A program made the position numbers and the translations under genes. DNA of 64,000 bases from an uncultured Acidobacteriota bacterium (GTDB lineage: Bacteria > Acidobacteriota > UBA6911). Shown piece by piece: positions 59,911-64,000 of this stretch. A model generated the notes under the pieces. That model searched no databases. It saw only the letters and a program-made list of their open reading frames with translations, and was not told the DNA's origin. Location of the stretch: contig CAWEJX010000009.1 in assembly GCA_963809485.1 (NCBI GenBank), positions 32,001 through 96,000 on the forward strand, written 5' to 3'. Within the stretch, counting starts at the first letter, position 1. Each line of letters begins with the position of its first letter.

Positions 59911-61143
59911 ATGAGTAGCAAGCCGAAAGTCATGATGATTGTTACGATGGACACCAAAGAGGCTGAGGCCCGCTTTATGCGAAAGTGCCTGGAAGACAAT
60001 GGCCTCGAGGTTTACCACCTCGACGCCAGCATACTCCGGACGATTGATTGCGGGGCTGCCATCACTCCAGATCAGATCGCTGCGGCGGCCGGCAAAACCA
60101 TGCCCGAGGTCCGGGCTCTCAACCACGAAGCCAAATGTCTGGCCATTATGATCGAGGGAGCCATCCCGTGCGCCCAAGAGCTCCACCGGCAGGTCGGGCT
60201 CAGCGGAATCCTTGCTGCGGGAGGTTCGCTGGGGACTGTTCTCGGCTCGGCGGTTATGCGGACATTCCCGTTCGGCCTTCCCAAGATGATGATCTCGACC
60301 ATGGCGTCCGGAAATACACTGCCCTACGTCGGCACCCGCGATATCGTCATGGTTCCCTCGATATGCGACATTGCCGGCTTAAACACCGTGACACGATGCG
60401 TGTTTCAAAATGCGTCTCGCGCCCTCGCCGGAATGGCTCATGGCTACAAGCCTCTTCCGGCTTCCGACAAACCCCTGATCGCGATTTCAACCCTCAGCAC
60501 CACCGAAAAATGCTGCACCGCGATTCGCGAAGCTCTGGAGCAGCGAGGCTTTGAAGTGATGGTCTTCCACACGCAGGGGACCGGCGGCGTCGCCATGGAT
60601 GTAACCGTCCGCGAGCAGGACGTCTCCATCGCCGTGAATCTGTCGCTGATTGAAGTCAGTGACTTTCTGGTCCAGGGCCTGTTCAGCGGAGGCCCCGACA
60701 GGTGCAAGGCATCGCTTGAAAAGGGTATCCCGACGATCTTTGTGCCGGGCAACATCGACTTCATGGTTGCAGGCCCGATTGAAGACGCGAAGGTCCGCTT
60801 TCCCGGCAGGCGTTATCACGTCCACAACGAAGTGCTGACGGCGGTTCGAGCGGAGGCTGGGGAGTTCAAGCGTGTGGCGGATCATATGGCAGGGCTGATC
60901 CGAGAGGCGAAGGGGTCCGTGGCGTTCCTTGTCCCGCTGCTCGGATTTTCCAATCATGACAGTCCGCAAGGCTATTTGTACGATCCGTCCCTTCCTCCTG
61001 TTTTCGCCGAATATATACAGCAGGCAATGCCCGAAGGTGTGCCGATGGTGTTTCTCCCCCATCACATCAACGACAAGCCTTTTGCCGAGGCCATTATTCA
61101 GCAGGTCCTCGCTTTTCAGAAAAACACTGGATCAGCGGGCTGA
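59911..61143 (+). CDS. Tm-1-like ATP-binding domain protein (UPF0261), canonical-looking copy
   Basis: TMDTKEAE, GGSLGT, PFGLPKMMISTMASG, DIAGLN, VFHTQGTGG, HINDKPFA; RBS GGAGG. Confidence 0.92.
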   Translation: MSSKPKVMMIVTMDTKEAEARFMRKCLEDNGLEVYHLDASILRTIDCGAAITPDQIAAAAGKTMPEVRALNHEAKCLAIMIEGAIPCAQELHRQVGLSGILAAGGSLGTVLGSAVMRTFPFGLPKMMISTMASGNTLPYVGTRDIVMVPSICDIAGLNTVTRCVFQNASRALAGMAHGYKPLPASDKPLIAISTLSTTEKCCTAIREALEQRGFEVMVFHTQGTGGVAMDVTVREQDVSIAVNLSLIEVSDFLVQGLFSGGPDRCKASLEKGIPTIFVPGNIDFMVAGPIEDAKVRFPGRRYHVHNEVLTAVRAEAGEFKRVADHMAGLIREAKGSVAFLVPLLGFSNHDSPQGYLYDPSLPPVFAEYIQQAMPEGVPMVFLPHHINDKPFAEAIIQQVLAFQKNTGSAG

Positions 61144-61443
61144 GCTGCATGAAAACATAATCGGATTGCGCGTTTCCGCATTGACGCGACCCATGATGGA
61201 GTTTCGTCTGGCACGACGGTTCCGGCATGCTCCGGCATTACTCGCAGGCTCTTCGCAAGCGTGCGTAAAGGTCGGGAAGTTCCAAAAATTGAGAAGCCCC
61301 TCGCCCATCGTCTTCGTGCAACTATGAGGTTGCAGCGCCATTCGATGAAGGTTTACAATCCGCATCAAGAACGGGGACGTTCATAGATTTCCGAGTGATT
61401 CCCCGTCGCGCAAATAACCTGGAAGCCATCGGAGGAGATTTTT

Positions 61444-62538
61444 ATGGGAAAGATAAGAATTGTCTGCGCCCCTGCATTCCTGCTTTTTGCTGTTGCGGCC
61501 TTTGGCCAGATCAACCAGCCGAACCATCTGCCGTACAAAGACCTTATTTTCGCTCAGCTCGCCACGGGCGGAATCTGGGAAACACAGATAACGGTTACCA
61601 ACCGCGGCACTCAGCCATGGGAGGGAGATTTTCATTTCTATACCGGCGAGGGATCGGCGTGGAATCCCTATGTGAACGGCGTCCAATTGATCGGCGGCAG
61701 CCTCGCGGTAACGCTTAGTCCCAAAAGAACTGCGACCTATAAAATAACCATGCCCGGCTCCGTGATTGTGCCGGGATTCGTGATGGCCATAGCCGACAAC
61801 ACCGATCTGGACAATTTCATTGAAGGCAATTTGACGTGGTTCGTTAAAGACGCAGACAAGGTCACGGATAGTATCGGAGTACTCCCTTCAAATCCCATCA
61901 TGGCAACGACCCTTCCATTTGAGAATTTCAACTCGGTCAGCGTGGCATTCGCCAACACCGATGCTCAGGGACGACCCGCCCATTTGAAATTGAAGCTGTA
62001 TTCGGAATCGGGTAGCCGTGTGGGCGACATTTTTGAGTGGACCCTCGACGCCCGGGAACACCTTCCCCGCTATCTTCGGGAATTATTTACAGGGGTGACG
62101 CTCGGCCGGGGCCGTGTCGATATTTCATCCGATGTCCCCATCAGCGGCGTGGCCCTGATCCAGACAGAATCCCAGTTCGCCTCTCTTCCCTTCAATTCCA
62201 CTGTCCGAACTTATCAGGTCGATGCCTATGGTTCGGAGGTGAACTTCGCGCGGATGACTCTGTGGACCGAGGGCCTTTTCATAAGCGGCTATGTTGCCAT
62301 GGAACGCGAAAGCGTCCTGAGCCTGTTTGCCATAACCGGAAGCATCAAGGACGGGAAAGCGCTGTTGCATTTTGACGGCGACAACGAGACGACAAGCGAC
62401 TATGGCGTCTATGGCTTCATCATTCCTAATGAAGTTTTTGATCCCGACAAAACATCTTTCAGCGGCACGTATTCTGTGGCCATCCCATCCGAGTATGAAT
62501 TCGAAAACGGGTGGTTCGATGCCACTCTGGTTCCGTGA
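61444..62538 (+). CDS. Secreted hypothetical beta-rich protein
   Basis: Signal peptide ending AFG, FAQLATGG.W.T.I..TN motif; RBS GGAGG. Confidence 0.75.
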   Translation: MGKIRIVCAPAFLLFAVAAFGQINQPNHLPYKDLIFAQLATGGIWETQITVTNRGTQPWEGDFHFYTGEGSAWNPYVNGVQLIGGSLAVTLSPKRTATYKITMPGSVIVPGFVMAIADNTDLDNFIEGNLTWFVKDADKVTDSIGVLPSNPIMATTLPFENFNSVSVAFANTDAQGRPAHLKLKLYSESGSRVGDIFEWTLDAREHLPRYLRELFTGVTLGRGRVDISSDVPISGVALIQTESQFASLPFNSTVRTYQVDAYGSEVNFARMTLWTEGLFISGYVAMERESVLSLFAITGSIKDGKALLHFDGDNETTSDYGVYGFIIPNEVFDPDKTSFSGTYSVAIPSEYEFENGWFDATLVP

Positions 62539-62580
62539 CAGATTCTACGGCAGCCTTCCGGCGATGCCGGGAATAGGCAT

Positions 62581-62772
62581 CCTCCGGCAGAGCCGGAAGC
62601 TTTATATTCGCCGGCCTCTCAAATAGGCCTGATCGCAACCCATGAAATATCACGGAAGTTTGGTGCGCCGTGGATATCTTTAAGGCTTTTTGAAACGCAG
62701 AATGTCGAATGAAGAATTTCGAAGTCCTTCTGCAGTTCGATATTCGAAATTCGATATTCGATATTCAGCATT
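62581..62772 (+). repeat. Dispersed composite repeat copy 4
   Basis: CCTCCGGCAGAGCCGGAAGCTTTAT..GGCCTCTCAAATAGGCCTGATCGCAACC..ATATCTTTAAGGCTTTTTG..CGCAGAATGTCGAA and TTCGATA heptamers. Confidence 0.75.
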
Positions 62773-62978
62773 TCGCGTTTCCCGGGTCCCTGGTCGCTGT
62801 CAGAACACCGGAGAAAAGGCATGCTCCGGCATTCCTCAAACGCATGCTTCCTTACCGACAGAGCCGGTGGGGCTCGCATTGGATTCGCATTGCTGAAACT
62901 GGCGTTCACGGTGCAAAGCCGCTATGGGGGTCCGCTTTCCTTATAGGAAACTGCGGCGACTCCGCATACTATGAGTCC

Positions 62979-64000
62979 ATGATTTTTTACGCTGGAACCA
63001 TTTTTGTCAGTGCTTTTCTGCTGTTTCTGGTACAGCCGCTTTTGGCCAAATACATCCTGCCCTGGTTTGGCGGCAGCCCCGGAGTCTGGACAACCTGCCT
63101 GTTGTTTTTCCAGGTTCTGCTGCTGGCCGGGTACGGTTTCGCTCATTTCCTAACCCGAAGATTCCGTCCTCGAATGCAGGCAGGAATCATTGTGGCTCTT
63201 CTGCTGCTTACTCTGGCCTTCCTGCCCATAACCCCATCCAGGACATGGTTGCCGGAAAACATTTCCGCGCCCGCGTGGCACATCCTCAGGCTTCTTGCAG
63301 CAAGCGTCGGCGCATGCTATTTCCTTCTGTCTTCCATGAGCCCTTTGATTCAATCCTGGTTGAGCCGTTCGTTGCCCAACGCTTCCCCCTATCGCCTGTA
63401 TACGCTTTCGAATCTTGGCTCGCTGATGGCCATCGTCAGTTACCCGTTTCTGATCGAGCCCAACCTGGGTCTGGGATTTCAAACAAAGCTCTGGTCGCTT
63501 TCATACGCTTGTTTTGCGGCCCTCTGCATCGGGAGCGCATTCCGGATGTGGAAACTGGGATCCCAATCCGGGGGTTTTCCCATCCCTATGGCCGAAGGAG
63601 ACCAAGCCGATCGGGAGGTTCCCCCTTCCAGAGCAGATCGGTCCCTGTGGCTGATCTTGACCGCCCTCAGTTCGACCATGCTGCTTGCCACGACCAATCA
63701 GATGTGCCTGGATGTAGCGGTGATCCCGCTTTTGTGGCTGCTTCCTATGGCTCTTTACCTGCTCTCGTTCATTCTTTGCTTTGAAAGCGACCGGTGGTAT
63801 TCGCGCACGGGATTCGGCATGGCCCTGGCGGTGGCGCTGGCGCAGAACTGTTTCGTTCTGTATCGAGGCATTTACATAGGGATTCCGGCTCAAATAGCTT
63901 CCTACTGTTTTACTCTTTTCGTCTGCTGCATGGTTTGCCACGGCGAACTGGTGCGTTTGAAACCCCGGCCCCGCCATCTGACGTCCTTCTATCTGATGAT
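62979..64000 (+). CDS. Fused membrane/spermidine-synthase-like protein, N-terminal part; not in ORF track
   Basis: MIFYAGTIFVSAFLLFLVQP..LPWFGGSPGVWTTCLLFFQ..PYRLYTLSNLGS..CHGELVRLKP; frame is consistent to the window edge. Confidence 0.88.
   Translation, partial: MIFYAGTIFVSAFLLFLVQPLLAKYILPWFGGSPGVWTTCLLFFQVLLLAGYGFAHFLTRRFRPRMQAGIIVALLLLTLAFLPITPSRTWLPENISAPAWHILRLLAASVGACYFLLSSMSPLIQSWLSRSLPNASPYRLYTLSNLGSLMAIVSYPFLIEPNLGLGFQTKLWSLSYACFAALCIGSAFRMWKLGSQSGGFPIPMAEGDQADREVPPSRADRSLWLILTALSSTMLLATTNQMCLDVAVIPLLWLLPMALYLLSFILCFESDRWYSRTGFGMALAVALAQNCFVLYRGIYIGIPAQIASYCFTLFVCCMVCHGELVRLKPRPRHLTSFYLM

Overview
Metabolic chromosomal segment of a moderately GC-rich anaerobic bacterium. The secreted, TPR and sigma54-STAS genes look Acidobacteriota-like, which is an inference. 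No rRNA, tRNA, CRISPR array, prophage or intact transposase was seen. About 45 CDS, mostly redox, CoA and carboxylation enzymes. Highlights: (1) a four-gene operon at 55341-61143 in which two Tm-1-like/UPF0261 ATP-binding proteins bracket a biotin carboxylase and a PycB/OadA-type carboxyltransferase with a rewired active site, a candidate undescribed carboxylation system; (2) a CoA-disulfide reductase/NADH oxidase split in the ORF track by an in-frame TGA at the catalytic Cys position and followed by a SECIS-like hairpin, so probably a selenoprotein; (3) an IclR-controlled catabolic island at 28450-41570 with an IolN-like hydrolase, cupin, U32-like TIM barrel, LarA-family enzyme, two Ldh_2 enzymes, GlcD/F and AOR, with repeated operator palindromes; (4) three paralogous cupin-like proteins, two sharing a very similar Tat leader; (5) a dispersed ~200-bp composite repeat in four copies with IS200-like end hairpins and heptamer arrays. 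Two genes each carry three +1 insertions that look like sequencing errors. All family assignments are by motif recognition, not database search.
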